Of a stretch of 63,110 nt of DNA, positions 48,076 through 58,035 are shown one piece after another. This DNA comes from Draconibacterium orientale (GTDB lineage: Bacteria > Bacteroidota > Bacteroidia > Bacteroidales > JAADGE01): assembly GCA_022729995.1 (NCBI GenBank), contig DZBS01000001.1, positions 46,930 through 110,039 on the forward strand, in the 5' to 3' direction. The notes under the pieces were generated by a model. The model saw only the letters and a program-made list of their open reading frames with translations. It ran no database searches and was not told the origin of the DNA. The first letter of the stretch is position 1; the number at the start of each line of letters is the position of its first letter. The position numbers and the translations under genes are program-made.

Positions 48076-49014
48076 TTATAACAGATTTATTTCAAAATTA
48101 TCCGAATCGAAAAACGCATTTTTTCCAAAAGGAATTATAGCCTGATTATCAATATGTCCGAATGAAAATCCGTAAGAAACCGGAACATTTATTTTATCGG
48201 AAAAATCGTTTATTACCTTTGAAATTGACAATGAATTTTCTTTATTCATATTAAAACTGTCGAAATTACATTTATTAAAAACACCGAAAATTATTCCTGC
48301 CGAATTTGAAATATTTGTAGATAATAACAGTTGATTTAACATTCTGTCAACTTTATAAGGAGCTTCGTTAATTTCTTCAATAAATAAAAGTTTATCTTTA
48401 AAATCGATAAAATAATTTGTTCCGATTAACGAAACTATTAAAGATAAATTTCCTCCGATTAATTTGCCGCTTTTTTCAAACTTTCTTAATGTATATTGCA
48501 AAAATTCTTCATTTTCCGAAATATATTTTAGAGATTTTATTTTCTTATTTTTATCTTCTTCTACAAATAAATTATTGAATATTAAACTTGTATACTCGCC
48601 AAAATCCGAAACTCCGGCAACTCCGTGATATGTAATCAAATTTGAATGTTTGTATATTGCAAAATTCAGAGCCGTAATATCACTATAACCGACAAAAATT
48701 TTGGGATTGTTTCTGATATTCCTGTAATCAATAAGATTTAATATTCTTGTTGAACCGTAACCGCCTCGAATACACATTATTGCTTTAACACTTTTGTTTG
48801 AAAACATTCGGTTTAATTCAAATGCACGGTCGAAATCTTTTCCTGCCAAATATCCGTTTTTATCCAAAATACTATTTTCGTAAAACGGTTCAAAGCCCAA
48901 TAATTCGATGTTTTTTACTGCTTTATGAAGTTTTTCTTCGTTAACAAAACCGGCAGGACTAATGAGTGCTATTTTGTCTCCTTTTTTTAAAAGCTTTGGT
49001 TCAATAATTTTCAT
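48076..49014 (-). CDS. LD-carboxypeptidase (peptidase S66, LdcA/MccF-like)
   Basis: LKKGDKIALISPAG, IRGGYGS and GYSDITAL (nucleophile Ser motif), plus a C-terminal FGH. Confidence 0.8.
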   Translation of the reverse strand: MKIIEPKLLKKGDKIALISPAGFVNEEKLHKAVKNIELLGFEPFYENSILDKNGYLAGKDFDRAFELNRMFSNKSVKAIMCIRGGYGSTRILNLIDYRNIRNNPKIFVGYSDITALNFAIYKHSNLITYHGVAGVSDFGEYTSLIFNNLFVEEDKNKKIKSLKYISENEEFLQYTLRKFEKSGKLIGGNLSLIVSLIGTNYFIDFKDKLLFIEEINEAPYKVDRMLNQLLLSTNISNSAGIIFGVFNKCNFDSFNMNKENSLSISKVINDFSDKINVPVSYGFSFGHIDNQAIIPFGKNAFFDSDNFEINLL

Positions 49015-49188
49015 TTTTCATTTATTAGTTTTGATATTTTATTGATTTTTATTCATTTATGAAGTGTTAATAATTAATTTATAAAAATAAAATTTATTTA
49101 TTAATTTTGTAAACTTACAAATAAGAATTTATTTTGTATATTTTTAAAAATTGTGATAAAACAATATTAATCAAAACCACAAAACATT

Positions 49189-49623
49189 ATGTCAGTAAAC
49201 AAAGTAATTTTAATCGGAAACGTTGGCAAAGATCCTGAAGTTCAATATGTTCAAGAGAATGTGCCGGTTGCAAAATTTAGTTTGGCAACAAGTGAAACAT
49301 ATAAAAACAAAGAAGGTGTGAAAGTAACAAATACCGAATGGCATAATATTGTTGTTTGGCGCGGACTTGCAAAAGTAGTGGAGCAATATGTTAAAAAAGG
49401 AGCAAAATTATATATAGAAGGAAAAATTACAAATCGTCAGTACGAAAAAGACGGAGTTACAAAATATTTTACCGAAATTATAGCTCGCGAATTAACAATG
49501 TTGGACAGAGTTCAAGGAGAATCAAGCGATAATCATTCAACACCCGCACCACAAAACGAAACACCCGATTATTCAAAAGATTTTAGTGAAAATGCAGAAG
49601 CAGATGATGATTTGCCGTTTTAA
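49189..49623 (+). CDS. ssb: Single-stranded DNA-binding protein
   Basis: MSVNKVILIGNVGKDPE, TEWHNIVVW and the acidic tail DDDLPF. Confidence 0.95.
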   Translation: MSVNKVILIGNVGKDPEVQYVQENVPVAKFSLATSETYKNKEGVKVTNTEWHNIVVWRGLAKVVEQYVKKGAKLYIEGKITNRQYEKDGVTKYFTEIIARELTMLDRVQGESSDNHSTPAPQNETPDYSKDFSENAEADDDLPF

Positions 49624-49683
49624 AACCTTTTAAATTTTCAAATAATTATAAAAGGAATTTATTATTAACTTAAAATTTTAGTT

Positions 49684-51003
49684 TTGGACCCCGAGCCTTA
49701 TCAAATTGGTATTATAATAGAACAAATAATTATAAAACCTTTCTCTGCCGATATTCTAATAGGTTTATCCGCAATAATCGTTCTACTTTTTTTATCGGCA
49801 CTAATGTCAGGTTCCGAAGTTGCATTTTTTTCTTTATCAATAGAAAAAATTCGTGAAATTAAAAAAGAGAATAGTCCCAAAAATAGATTTTTAATTAAAC
49901 TGTTAAATAACAAAGAAAAATTATTGGCAACAATATTGGTTGCCAATAATTTTGTTAATGTCGGTATTGTAATTTTATCATCTTGGTTAACAGATATTTC
50001 TGTTGATTTTTCGGCAAATCCCGGATTGGAATTTTTGTTTCAGGTAGTAATTATTACATTTTTGATTTTATTTTTTGGTGAAATTTTACCAAAAGTTTAT
50101 GCAACAACAACTTCAATATCGTTTGCCCGAAAAACATCATATCCTATATTTGTTACATATAGAATGTTTAGTCCTGTTACAAATTTCCTTTTAAAATCCA
50201 CAACAATTGTAAATAAATATCTTGTAAGAAAAGAAAATGCAATTTCAATAAAAGATGTTTCGCAAGCCTACGAACTTACAGAATCAAACATAAAAGAAGA
50301 CAAAGAAATACTTGAAGGCATTATAAACTTTACAAATATCGAAGTAAGAGAAATAATGAAACCTCGAATCGACATAGTTGCTGCCGATTTGGAATACGAT
50401 TTCAATAAATTAAAATCCATGATTCTTGAATCCGGATATTCGCGAATTCCCGTATATGAAGGAACTCACGATACAGTGAAAGGAATTCTGTTTATTAAAG
50501 ATTTATTACCGCATATTAACGAAAAAGAAAATTTTAAGTGGCAAGAAATTTTGAGGGAACCTTATTTTGTTCCAGAAACAATGAAAATTCATGATTTGCT
50601 CGAAGAATTTCAAATAAAGAAAATTCATATTGCTATTGTAACAGATGAATACGGCGGAGTTAAGGGAATTGCAACAATGGAAGATATTATTGAAGAAATT
50701 ATCGGCGAAATTTCCGACGAAGACGACAACGATGACGAATTATTTATCAAAATTGATGACTATAATTATGTTTTTGAAGGGAAAATTTTATTAAACGATT
50801 TTTATAAAGTTCTTTCTATAAAAGAAGATATTTTTGAAAAAGAAAGAGGCGATGCCGATTCATTAGCCGGAATGATACTTGAACTAAAAGGAGAAATTCC
50901 GGTTAAAGGAACCGTAATTCCAATAAAAAACTTTACTTTTGTAATTGATTCTTCCGATAACAGAAAAATAAAAAAAATAAAACTCAACCTTAAAAATGAA
51001 TAA
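49684..51003 (+). CDS. gldE: CNNM/CorC-type membrane protein (DUF21-CBS pair-CorC_HlyC), GldE-like
   Basis: TTG start. The architecture is TM DUF21, two CBS domains and a C-terminal transporter-associated domain. It lies immediately upstream of, and overlaps, a gldD-like gene, as in Flavobacterium. Confidence 0.65.
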   Translation: MDPEPYQIGIIIEQIIIKPFSADILIGLSAIIVLLFLSALMSGSEVAFFSLSIEKIREIKKENSPKNRFLIKLLNNKEKLLATILVANNFVNVGIVILSSWLTDISVDFSANPGLEFLFQVVIITFLILFFGEILPKVYATTTSISFARKTSYPIFVTYRMFSPVTNFLLKSTTIVNKYLVRKENAISIKDVSQAYELTESNIKEDKEILEGIINFTNIEVREIMKPRIDIVAADLEYDFNKLKSMILESGYSRIPVYEGTHDTVKGILFIKDLLPHINEKENFKWQEILREPYFVPETMKIHDLLEEFQIKKIHIAIVTDEYGGVKGIATMEDIIEEIIGEISDEDDNDDELFIKIDDYNYVFEGKILLNDFYKVLSIKEDIFEKERGDADSLAGMILELKGEIPVKGTVIPIKNFTFVIDSSDNRKIKKIKLNLKNE

Positions 51004-51580
51004 ATATTCAATAATTTATATTCCTTTTTTTATTATATTAATTTTCTTGAGTTCATGTGGCGACGTAAGTATTCCAAAACCTCACGGATACATTAGAACC
51101 GATTATCCGGAGAAAAAATATCAAACTTTTGATACAAATTATCCTTACAAATTCAAATATCCTGTTTATTCAAAAATAGAAAATGACAGTACGCCAAATG
51201 CCGAAAAATATTGGGCAAATATTATATTTCCTTCGTTTAATGCAAAAATTTATATAAGTTACAAAAAAATTAACGGAAATCTTTCCAATTTTGAAGAAGA
51301 TACACGAAAACTCGCCTACAAACATTCGATAAAAGCAGATGCAATAAATTCTCAAGTTTGGAATAATCCGGAAAAAAAAGTTTACGGTGTTTTATATGAA
51401 ATTAAAGGTGATGTTGCTTCTCAAATTCAATTTTATCTGACCGACAGTACCACAAACTTTATTAGAGCAGCATTTTATTTTAATGCAATTCCTAACAAAG
51501 ATTCACTTGCTCCGGCTCTCGAATTTATTCGTAAAGACATTGATGTGATGATTGAATCATTTGAATGGAAAAATAATTAA
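50996..51580 (+). CDS. gldD: Gliding motility lipoprotein GldD
   Basis: Lipobox (LSSCGD). The PKPHGYIRTDYPEKKY, AKIYISYK, KLAYKHSIKADAI, KKVYGVLYEIKG and QFYLTDS pattern matches my memory of GldD. It overlaps gldE by 8 nt. Confidence 0.75.
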   Translation: MNKYSIIYIPFFIILIFLSSCGDVSIPKPHGYIRTDYPEKKYQTFDTNYPYKFKYPVYSKIENDSTPNAEKYWANIIFPSFNAKIYISYKKINGNLSNFEEDTRKLAYKHSIKADAINSQVWNNPEKKVYGVLYEIKGDVASQIQFYLTDSTTNFIRAAFYFNAIPNKDSLAPALEFIRKDIDVMIESFEWKNN

Positions 51581-51600
51581 TTTCTCGAAATCAAAATATA

Positions 51601-52620
51601 ATGATTGATATCTTATCCAAAGAGCAAAAAAGAATTGCGGTTCTGGGCGGCGGCAGTTGGGGAACAGCTCTGATGAAACTTATAACCGACAGTTCAAAAA
51701 AAGACAGTCAAATAAGTTGGTTTCTCAGAAACGAACAAGACGCAGAAGAATTCAAGCAAACAGGCAGAAATCCCAAATATCTTCAATCTGTAGATTTTTC
51801 AAACAAAAATATTTTTTTTTCGTCCAATATAAATGAAATTGTTGAAATATCTGATATTCTTATATTGGCAATTCCATCAGCTTTTGTTCATGAAACTTTG
51901 AAAAATATTAATATCGATATAAAAAATAAAATTATAATTTCGGCAGTAAAAGGATTAATTCCAAACGAAAATCTTATAATGGCCGAATATTTTGGCAAAT
52001 ATTTTAAACTCAGCTTACGAAATTTTGTTGTTATAACCGGACCTTGCCATGCCGAAGAAATTGCCTTAGAAAGATTATCTTATCTCACAATTGCTTCGGA
52101 AAACTTAAATTTGGCAGGAGAAATTGCTCAATATGTCGACAATCATTATTTAAAGACCGAAATTTCCGACGATATTTACGGAACAGAATATTCTGCTGCT
52201 CTAAAAAATGTATTCGCATTAGCTTCCGGAATTGCACATGGTTTGGGTTACGGCGATAATTTTCAGGCAGTTCTTATTTCAAACGCAATTCGCGAAATAA
52301 AAAGATTTGTTGATGTTGTTCATCCAATAGGAAGAGATATTAAAAGTTCTGCTTATCTTGGCGATTTACTTGTAACAGCATATTCGCGGTTTAGCCGAAA
52401 TCATATTTTTGGTACTATGATTGGGAAAGGATATTCGGTAAAAACTGCTAAAATTGAAATGAATATGGTTGCCGAAGGATATTACGGCGTTAAAAGTTTG
52501 TATGAAATAAATAAGCAATTCAATATTTTTATGCCTATAACAGAGGCAGTTTTCAATATTTTGTATACAAACAAACCGCCGGCTTACGAAATTAAACTAC
52601 TAACGGATAAAATCAGATAA
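51601..52620 (+). CDS. gpsA: NAD(P)H-dependent glycerol-3-phosphate dehydrogenase
   Basis: IAVLGGGSWGTAL Rossmann motif, GPCHAEE, KNVFA and AEGY. Confidence 0.9.
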   Translation: MIDILSKEQKRIAVLGGGSWGTALMKLITDSSKKDSQISWFLRNEQDAEEFKQTGRNPKYLQSVDFSNKNIFFSSNINEIVEISDILILAIPSAFVHETLKNINIDIKNKIIISAVKGLIPNENLIMAEYFGKYFKLSLRNFVVITGPCHAEEIALERLSYLTIASENLNLAGEIAQYVDNHYLKTEISDDIYGTEYSAALKNVFALASGIAHGLGYGDNFQAVLISNAIREIKRFVDVVHPIGRDIKSSAYLGDLLVTAYSRFSRNHIFGTMIGKGYSVKTAKIEMNMVAEGYYGVKSLYEINKQFNIFMPITEAVFNILYTNKPPAYEIKLLTDKIR

Positions 52621-52626
52621 TTTTTA

Positions 52627-52986
52627 ATGATAAGAATAATATTAATTATTTTAGGCTCAATCTCATTAGTAATGGGAATTATAGGTATTTTTTTACCTGT
52701 TTTGCCAACAACACCTTTTTTACTTTTAACAGCCGGATTGTATGCCAAAAGTTCGCCGGTTCTTAATAAAAGACTTTCCGAGCATAAAGTTTTAGGCGAA
52801 TATATTATCGGATTTAAGCAAGGTATGCGAACAAAAGCAAAAGTTAAGGCTATTTCATTAATGTGGATTATGATTTTGATTTCGGCTTTCGTTTTTGTTT
52901 CAAATATATATTTAAGAATATTTTTAATACTCGTTGCAATATCAGTAACAATTTACATTTCGCGTTTACCCGGAAGGCAAGAATAA
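52627..52986 (+). CDS. YbaN family (DUF454) inner membrane protein
   Basis: 119 aa with GIIGIFLPVLPTTPFLLLTA, typical of DUF454. Confidence 0.75.
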   Translation: MIRIILIILGSISLVMGIIGIFLPVLPTTPFLLLTAGLYAKSSPVLNKRLSEHKVLGEYIIGFKQGMRTKAKVKAISLMWIMILISAFVFVSNIYLRIFLILVAISVTIYISRLPGRQE

Positions 52987-53016
52987 AAAAAGAGGCTTAG
53001 AAAAGCCCCTTTTTTA
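52986..53016. terminator. Candidate bidirectional terminator
   Basis: A-run, then stem gaggctt/aagcccc (one mismatch) with loop agaa, then T5. Confidence 0.4.
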
Positions 53017-53054
53017 TAATTAAATTTTAAAATTTATTTAGTTTATATTTTTGC

Positions 53055-54944
53055 TTATTCAACTACAATTTTTTCGGTAATATTTATATTTTCGTTTGAA
53101 ATTCTTATAAAATAAACACCATTTGCAAAATAAGAAGTATTAAATTCTTCAGTTTGTTTTGTTGAATTGATATTTAAAATTTCTTTTCCTGTAACATTGG
53201 TAATTTTGATATTTACGAATGAATTATTTGCAGGTAATTCAATTTTAAAATAATCTTTAGCAGGGTTTGGGAAAATTTTTACTGAATTTGAAATTTCTTT
53301 AATTTGAGCAGCACCAAATCCTAAAACTGCATTTTCGCTTTTAATGCTTCCGTAAAATTCATCGGTAACAATACAAGAATAAATTCCTTGGTCAGTTTCT
53401 GAAACTCCTGTTATTGTGAGCGTATTTGTAGTAACTCCGGAATTAAATTTTATTAAATCGTCGTATAAATCAACACCGTTTTTTTGCCATCTGTAAGTTA
53501 AAGTTCCTTCGCCAACAGCTTCAACAGTAAAAGTTTGATCTGTTCCTGCGATAATACTATATAAGCTTTCGGGTTGAGTTGTAATGTTCAAAATAGTTGC
53601 ATGCCAAGGTTCGTAACCGTTAATTGCATCATACGCTTCAAAAAATAAATCGTTTCCCGAAAGACAAAATTCTTGAGGATATGAATCAGATGTGCCTGCA
53701 TTTAAGTCTTTTACAAGAACAGTTCCTCTTTCGGTTCCGTCAGTTCTCCAGAATTCACTTCCGTAATCGAGTGAATATGCACTAAAAAATAATTTATCTT
53801 TTATTATGATAAATCCCCAAGGAGATGAACTGCTTGAACCGGAATATATATCTTTTAACATGTATGTTCCTTCAGAGGTTCCGTCGGAAACCCAAAGTTC
53901 GGTTCCGTTAATGCCGTCATTGGCTTGGAAATAAAGTTTATCGCCAAATATAATGAAATCCTCAAGTCCTGACCCTGAACTGCCTTCATAAATATCTTTA
54001 ATCATAACGGTTCCTTGCTCGGTGCCGTCAGTTTTCCACAATTCTTTTCCAAAATTTGCACCTGCATCACCTGCTTTGAAATACATTGTCCAAACATTTG
54101 GAGTATAATATGAAGGACCGGAATTGTCTGTTCCTGCAGCAATATTTTTAAGAATGTGAGTTCCGTCAGCGGTTCCGTCTGTAATCCATGTTTCAATTCC
54201 GTAATCGTCGGATTCTGATGTAAAAACTAATTTATCTCCCCAAACGGTAAATTTGGGTTCGCTCGGTTCGCCGTTATCTGATGCTGAAATATCTTTAAGC
54301 ATAACAGTTCCTTCGAGCGTTCCGTCTGTAACCCAAGGTTCAAGACCGGTTGTTCCGTCGTTAGCAACAAAATATACTTTTCCGTTGAAAAGTGTTGTTC
54401 CGGCAATTAGTGAACCAATATCCGTAGGATTAATTTCTTTCAATAATGCAGTTCCGTCAGTAGTTCCGTTACTAACCCATAATTCATGGTTTCCGTTTGT
54501 TACTCCGTCAACTCCGCCGTTTTGAGCACGAAATACGAATTTTCCGTTTACCTCTTTAAAATAAGCTGTTGCCGAACTATTTCCGGGATAAATTTCTTTT
54601 ACTAAAACAGTTCCGTCTGTTGTTCCGTCGCTTTTCCAAAGTTGGCGGTCTAAAACTCCGTCATCGCCGTTGAAATATATCATATCGTTGAATATGATGT
54701 ATCCAATTTCGTCTGATGCAAAATCAACTTCTTTAACCATTACAGTTCCGTCTGTTGTTCCGTCTGTTGACCAAAATTGGTTATTTGCTCCAAAAAAAAC
54801 CTTTCCTTTATATTCAAAAAATACGGAAGGATAGCTGCTTCCTGTTCCGGGAATAATATCTTTTAATAGAGTTTGTGAATATCCTGCATTGGAAATTAAT
54901 ATTAATGCCAAGGCTAAAATAAATTTTTTGTAGATTCTTTTCAT
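53055..54944 (-). CDS. ELWxxDGT-repeat protein with an Ig-like domain and a T9SS C-terminal sorting domain
   Basis: About 9 repeats of (E)LW.(S/T)DGT..GT.(L/M)(V/L)KDI. An Ig-like segment (GIYSCIVTD) follows, and the C-terminus KIFPNPAKDYFKIEL...NGVYFIRI is typical of Por/T9SS tails. Confidence 0.85.
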   Translation of the reverse strand: MKRIYKKFILALALILISNAGYSQTLLKDIIPGTGSSYPSVFFEYKGKVFFGANNQFWSTDGTTDGTVMVKEVDFASDEIGYIIFNDMIYFNGDDGVLDRQLWKSDGTTDGTVLVKEIYPGNSSATAYFKEVNGKFVFRAQNGGVDGVTNGNHELWVSNGTTDGTALLKEINPTDIGSLIAGTTLFNGKVYFVANDGTTGLEPWVTDGTLEGTVMLKDISASDNGEPSEPKFTVWGDKLVFTSESDDYGIETWITDGTADGTHILKNIAAGTDNSGPSYYTPNVWTMYFKAGDAGANFGKELWKTDGTEQGTVMIKDIYEGSSGSGLEDFIIFGDKLYFQANDGINGTELWVSDGTSEGTYMLKDIYSGSSSSSPWGFIIIKDKLFFSAYSLDYGSEFWRTDGTERGTVLVKDLNAGTSDSYPQEFCLSGNDLFFEAYDAINGYEPWHATILNITTQPESLYSIIAGTDQTFTVEAVGEGTLTYRWQKNGVDLYDDLIKFNSGVTTNTLTITGVSETDQGIYSCIVTDEFYGSIKSENAVLGFGAAQIKEISNSVKIFPNPAKDYFKIELPANNSFVNIKITNVTGKEILNINSTKQTEEFNTSYFANGVYFIRISNENINITEKIVVE

Positions 54945-55064
54945 AATAAAAATTTTTAGTTTATAAATATTAATAATTATTATTGCTAATACAATAAGGC
55001 ACTAATTTACAATAATAAATTTAAATGTCTTTAAGCCTTTATCAACAGAATATACATTTTTATC

Positions 55065-55100
55065 AAAAAAAAAGAAGCATTAATTTTAATGCCTCTTTTT
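55065..55100 (-). terminator. Rho-independent terminator of the rnf operon
   Basis: On the - strand, a 9-bp stem (gaggcatta/taatgcttc, with G-U) is followed by T9, 25 nt after the rnfA stop. Confidence 0.65.
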
Positions 55101-55119
55101 ATATTTTTTTTTGGAAAAA

Positions 55120-55695
55120 TTATGCAATACCCGAAAATCCCATAAAAGCCAATGCAAGTAAACCCGCAGTAATAAAGGAAATAGGAACACCTTTCATTCC
55201 TTCCGGAATATCGGATAAATCCAACTGTTCTCTAATTCCCGCAAATATTGTTAAAGCAAGTGCAAAGCCTATTGATGTTGCAATTGCGTAAACTGTGCTT
55301 TTTATTAAATCAAAACCTTCGGTGCTGACAGCTAAAATTGCAACTCCCAAAACTGCACAGTTTGTTGTAATTAACGGTAAATATATTCCGAGTGCTTGAT
55401 AAAGCGAAGGACCGGTTTTTTTCAGAATTATTTCAACCAACTGAACAAGTGCTGCAATTACCAAAATGAATGTAATTGTTTGCATGTATTGTATCGAAAA
55501 TTCCTCAAGTATATATCTTTGAATAAGATAAGTTACAATTGTTGCAATTGTAATTACAAAAACAACTGCACCGCCCATGCCTAAAGCAGTTTCTATTTTT
55601 TTTGATACTCCGAAAAACGGACAAACTCCCAAAAATTTTGCTAAAACTACGTTATTAACAAAAATTGCCGATATAATAATTAAAATGTATTCCAT
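55120..55695 (-). CDS. rnfA: Rnf electron transport complex subunit A
   Basis: 191 aa. The N-terminus reads VNNVVLAKFLGVCPFFGVS, and the protein is homologous to NqrE. Confidence 0.9.
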   Translation of the reverse strand: MEYILIIISAIFVNNVVLAKFLGVCPFFGVSKKIETALGMGGAVVFVITIATIVTYLIQRYILEEFSIQYMQTITFILVIAALVQLVEIILKKTGPSLYQALGIYLPLITTNCAVLGVAILAVSTEGFDLIKSTVYAIATSIGFALALTIFAGIREQLDLSDIPEGMKGVPISFITAGLLALAFMGFSGIA

Positions 55696-55715
55696 CTATC
55701 TGTTTTTAATGAAGT

Positions 55716-56312
55716 TTATATTTTTTGTGCCGATTTTTTATTTAATCTGTTTACAATTGCAATTAAATATCCCAAAACAATGAAAGCGCCGGGTGCTAAT
55801 ACGAATACAAGAGATCCGTCGCCTTTATATATTGATATGTTAAACATTGAGCCGCTTCCTAAAATTTCTCTTATTGCACCCAAGATTGTAAGTGCAAGCG
55901 AAAATCCGAGACCCATTCCGGCTCCGTCGATAATTGAATCTAAAACATTATTTTTTGATGCATAAGCTTCTGCTCGTCCTAAAATAATACAGTTCACAAC
56001 AATTAGAGGAATGTATAAACCCAAAATTGCAAATAAGTCAGGAACATAAGCCTGCATTGTTAATTCAACAATTGTTACAAATGAAGCAATAATTACAATA
56101 AATGAAGGAATTCTTACTTTATCTGGAATCAAATTTTTTACCATCGAAACAACGGCATTCGACATTATCAAAACAAATGTTGTAGCCAATCCCATTGCAA
56201 GTCCGTTAATTGCAGATGTTGTTGTTCCAAGTGTTGGGCAAAGTCCCAAAAGCATTACAAACACTGCGTTTTCTTTGAAAAAACCTTTTGTGAAATTATT
56301 CAGTTTGCTCAT
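55716..56312 (-). CDS. rnfE: Rnf complex subunit E
   Basis: 198 aa. The motif [12 protein letters not shown] is present, and the protein is homologous to NqrD. Confidence 0.9.
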   Translation of the reverse strand: MSKLNNFTKGFFKENAVFVMLLGLCPTLGTTTSAINGLAMGLATTFVLIMSNAVVSMVKNLIPDKVRIPSFIVIIASFVTIVELTMQAYVPDLFAILGLYIPLIVVNCIILGRAEAYASKNNVLDSIIDGAGMGLGFSLALTILGAIREILGSGSMFNISIYKGDGSLVFVLAPGAFIVLGYLIAIVNRLNKKSAQKI

Positions 56313-56368
56313 ATTTTTTGTTTTTTGACAGATAAATTTCTGTAATTTTTTAATCGAATTAAAAACTT

Positions 56369-56968
56369 TTATTTTTTTATTTTACTGAAAGCAATTGATG
56401 CTCTGTTTATTGCATCGCAAAAAGCACGAGAGCTAATTGTTGATGCTGTAATTGCATCAATTTGTCCACCGTCTTTTTTTACTTTTATATTTTTCGGACT
56501 GTTATCGGAATTAAAAATCGGAATTATTCCGTTGAATTGGTTGCTCCAATCTGATTTTGATTTTTGCATTTTATCGCCAAGTCCGGGAGTTTCTTTATGA
56601 TCCAAAACAGAAGTGTTTTTTATGCTTCCGTCAGGCTTAAAACCAACCATAACCCAAACTTCGCCGCTAAAACCTTTTTTTGAATAAGATTTTATTGCAA
56701 TTCCAACTATATTACTTCCTTTTTTTGCCGGAAAACATTCAAGTGAATCATTTTGAGCAATTTCAATCATTATTTTTTCTTCAATAGGATTATTATCAAA
56801 ATCGGCGACTACTTCTTTTATTGCATTTTTCTGTTTTTCGAGTTTTGCTTTTTCTATCGGTCCTTTTGTAGCTTGATAAACAAATGCCAATGCTGTTGAT
56901 GCAATTGCCGATATTATAAATAATACGACAAGCATATTTTTAAATGTTGATTCGGTTTTTGATGCCAT
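56369..56968 (-). CDS. rnfG: Rnf complex subunit G (FMN-binding)
   Basis: Single TM helix, with ETPGLG and [10 protein letters not shown] flavinylation-type motifs. Confidence 0.88.
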   Translation of the reverse strand: MASKTESTFKNMLVVLFIISAIASTALAFVYQATKGPIEKAKLEKQKNAIKEVVADFDNNPIEEKIMIEIAQNDSLECFPAKKGSNIVGIAIKSYSKKGFSGEVWVMVGFKPDGSIKNTSVLDHKETPGLGDKMQKSKSDWSNQFNGIIPIFNSDNSPKNIKVKKDGGQIDAITASTISSRAFCDAINRASIAFSKIKK

Positions 56969-57001
56969 TTTTCTATTTATAAAAAATGTTGTTAAATAGA
57001 T

Positions 57002-58003
57002 TTATATTTTTTGTTTTTCTCCAAAACGTTTTGGTTTCAAATATGTGTTAATCATTGGAGTAAGTCCGTTCATAATTAAAATTGCAAAAGAAACTCCTTC
57101 AGGAAATGCTCCGAATGCTCTTATTATTACCGTTAACATTCCAATTCCGATACCGTAGATTATCATTCCTTTTTTGCTCATTGGCGATGTAACATAATCC
57201 GTTGCCATAAATATTGCTCCCAATAAAACTCCTCCTGTGAGAATATTAAATATTGGTCCGGTAAATCTTTCGGGATTTCCTAATGAAAGTATTTCTGTAA
57301 ATATTGCAATTGTAACTATAATTGAAACAGGAATGTGCCAAGTTATTATTTTTCGGAAAAGCATATATGCAAATCCTATTAATAAAGCAATTGCAGATAT
57401 TTCTCCTAACGAACCGCTCATGTTTCCCAAAAACATTTGTAATTGGTCGGGCAATCCTTGTATTTCGCTAATTTTAACCCCGTTTCTTATTGCTTCTTTT
57501 ACAATTCCAAGTGGTGTTGCTCCTGTAGTTACGTCCATATACGGAAGAAGTTTTTCGGTAATTGCACTTGGTTTTGGCCAGCTTGTCATTTGAACCGGAA
57601 ACGAAATTAACATGAAAATACGTGCTGCAATTGCCGGATTAAAAATATTGTTTCCTAAACCGCCAAATGATAATTTTGAAACTGCAATTGCAAAAAATGA
57701 GCCTACAATTATTATCCACACAGGCAAATTGCTCGGGACGTTAAATGCTAACAGTAAACCTGTTATTGCGGCAGAACCGTCAAGTATTGTATTTTCTTTT
57801 TTTAGAATATATTTTGTTATAAGATATTCAAAAACTATTGCTGAAACAACCGAACTTGTTGTTAATATTAGTGCTCCAAGTCCGAAAAAATATATTGAAA
57901 CAAGTAATGTAGGAATTAATGCAATTAAAACACCGTACATAAGTTTTTTAACTGTTTCTTTTCCGTAAATGTGCGGTGAGGGTGATACAAATAATTTGTT
58001 CAT
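57002..58003 (-). CDS. rnfD: Rnf complex subunit D
   Basis: 333-aa polytopic protein with VSPSPH, TGATPL and MATDYVTSP motifs. Confidence 0.9.
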   Translation of the reverse strand: MNKLFVSPSPHIYGKETVKKLMYGVLIALIPTLLVSIYFFGLGALILTTSSVVSAIVFEYLITKYILKKENTILDGSAAITGLLLAFNVPSNLPVWIIIVGSFFAIAVSKLSFGGLGNNIFNPAIAARIFMLISFPVQMTSWPKPSAITEKLLPYMDVTTGATPLGIVKEAIRNGVKISEIQGLPDQLQMFLGNMSGSLGEISAIALLIGFAYMLFRKIITWHIPVSIIVTIAIFTEILSLGNPERFTGPIFNILTGGVLLGAIFMATDYVTSPMSKKGMIIYGIGIGMLTVIIRAFGAFPEGVSFAILIMNGLTPMINTYLKPKRFGEKQKI

Positions 58004-58035
58004 ATCTTTTTATATTTATTTCTTTTAAAAATATT

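Noticed and set aside
57237-57968. Two 118-aa + strand ORFs inside rnfD
   Set aside because: They are antisense shadow ORFs of a polytopic membrane gene. The same applies to 58262..58534 and 59093..59338 in rnfC, 18611..18896 in nqrE and 16909..17190 in nqrC.
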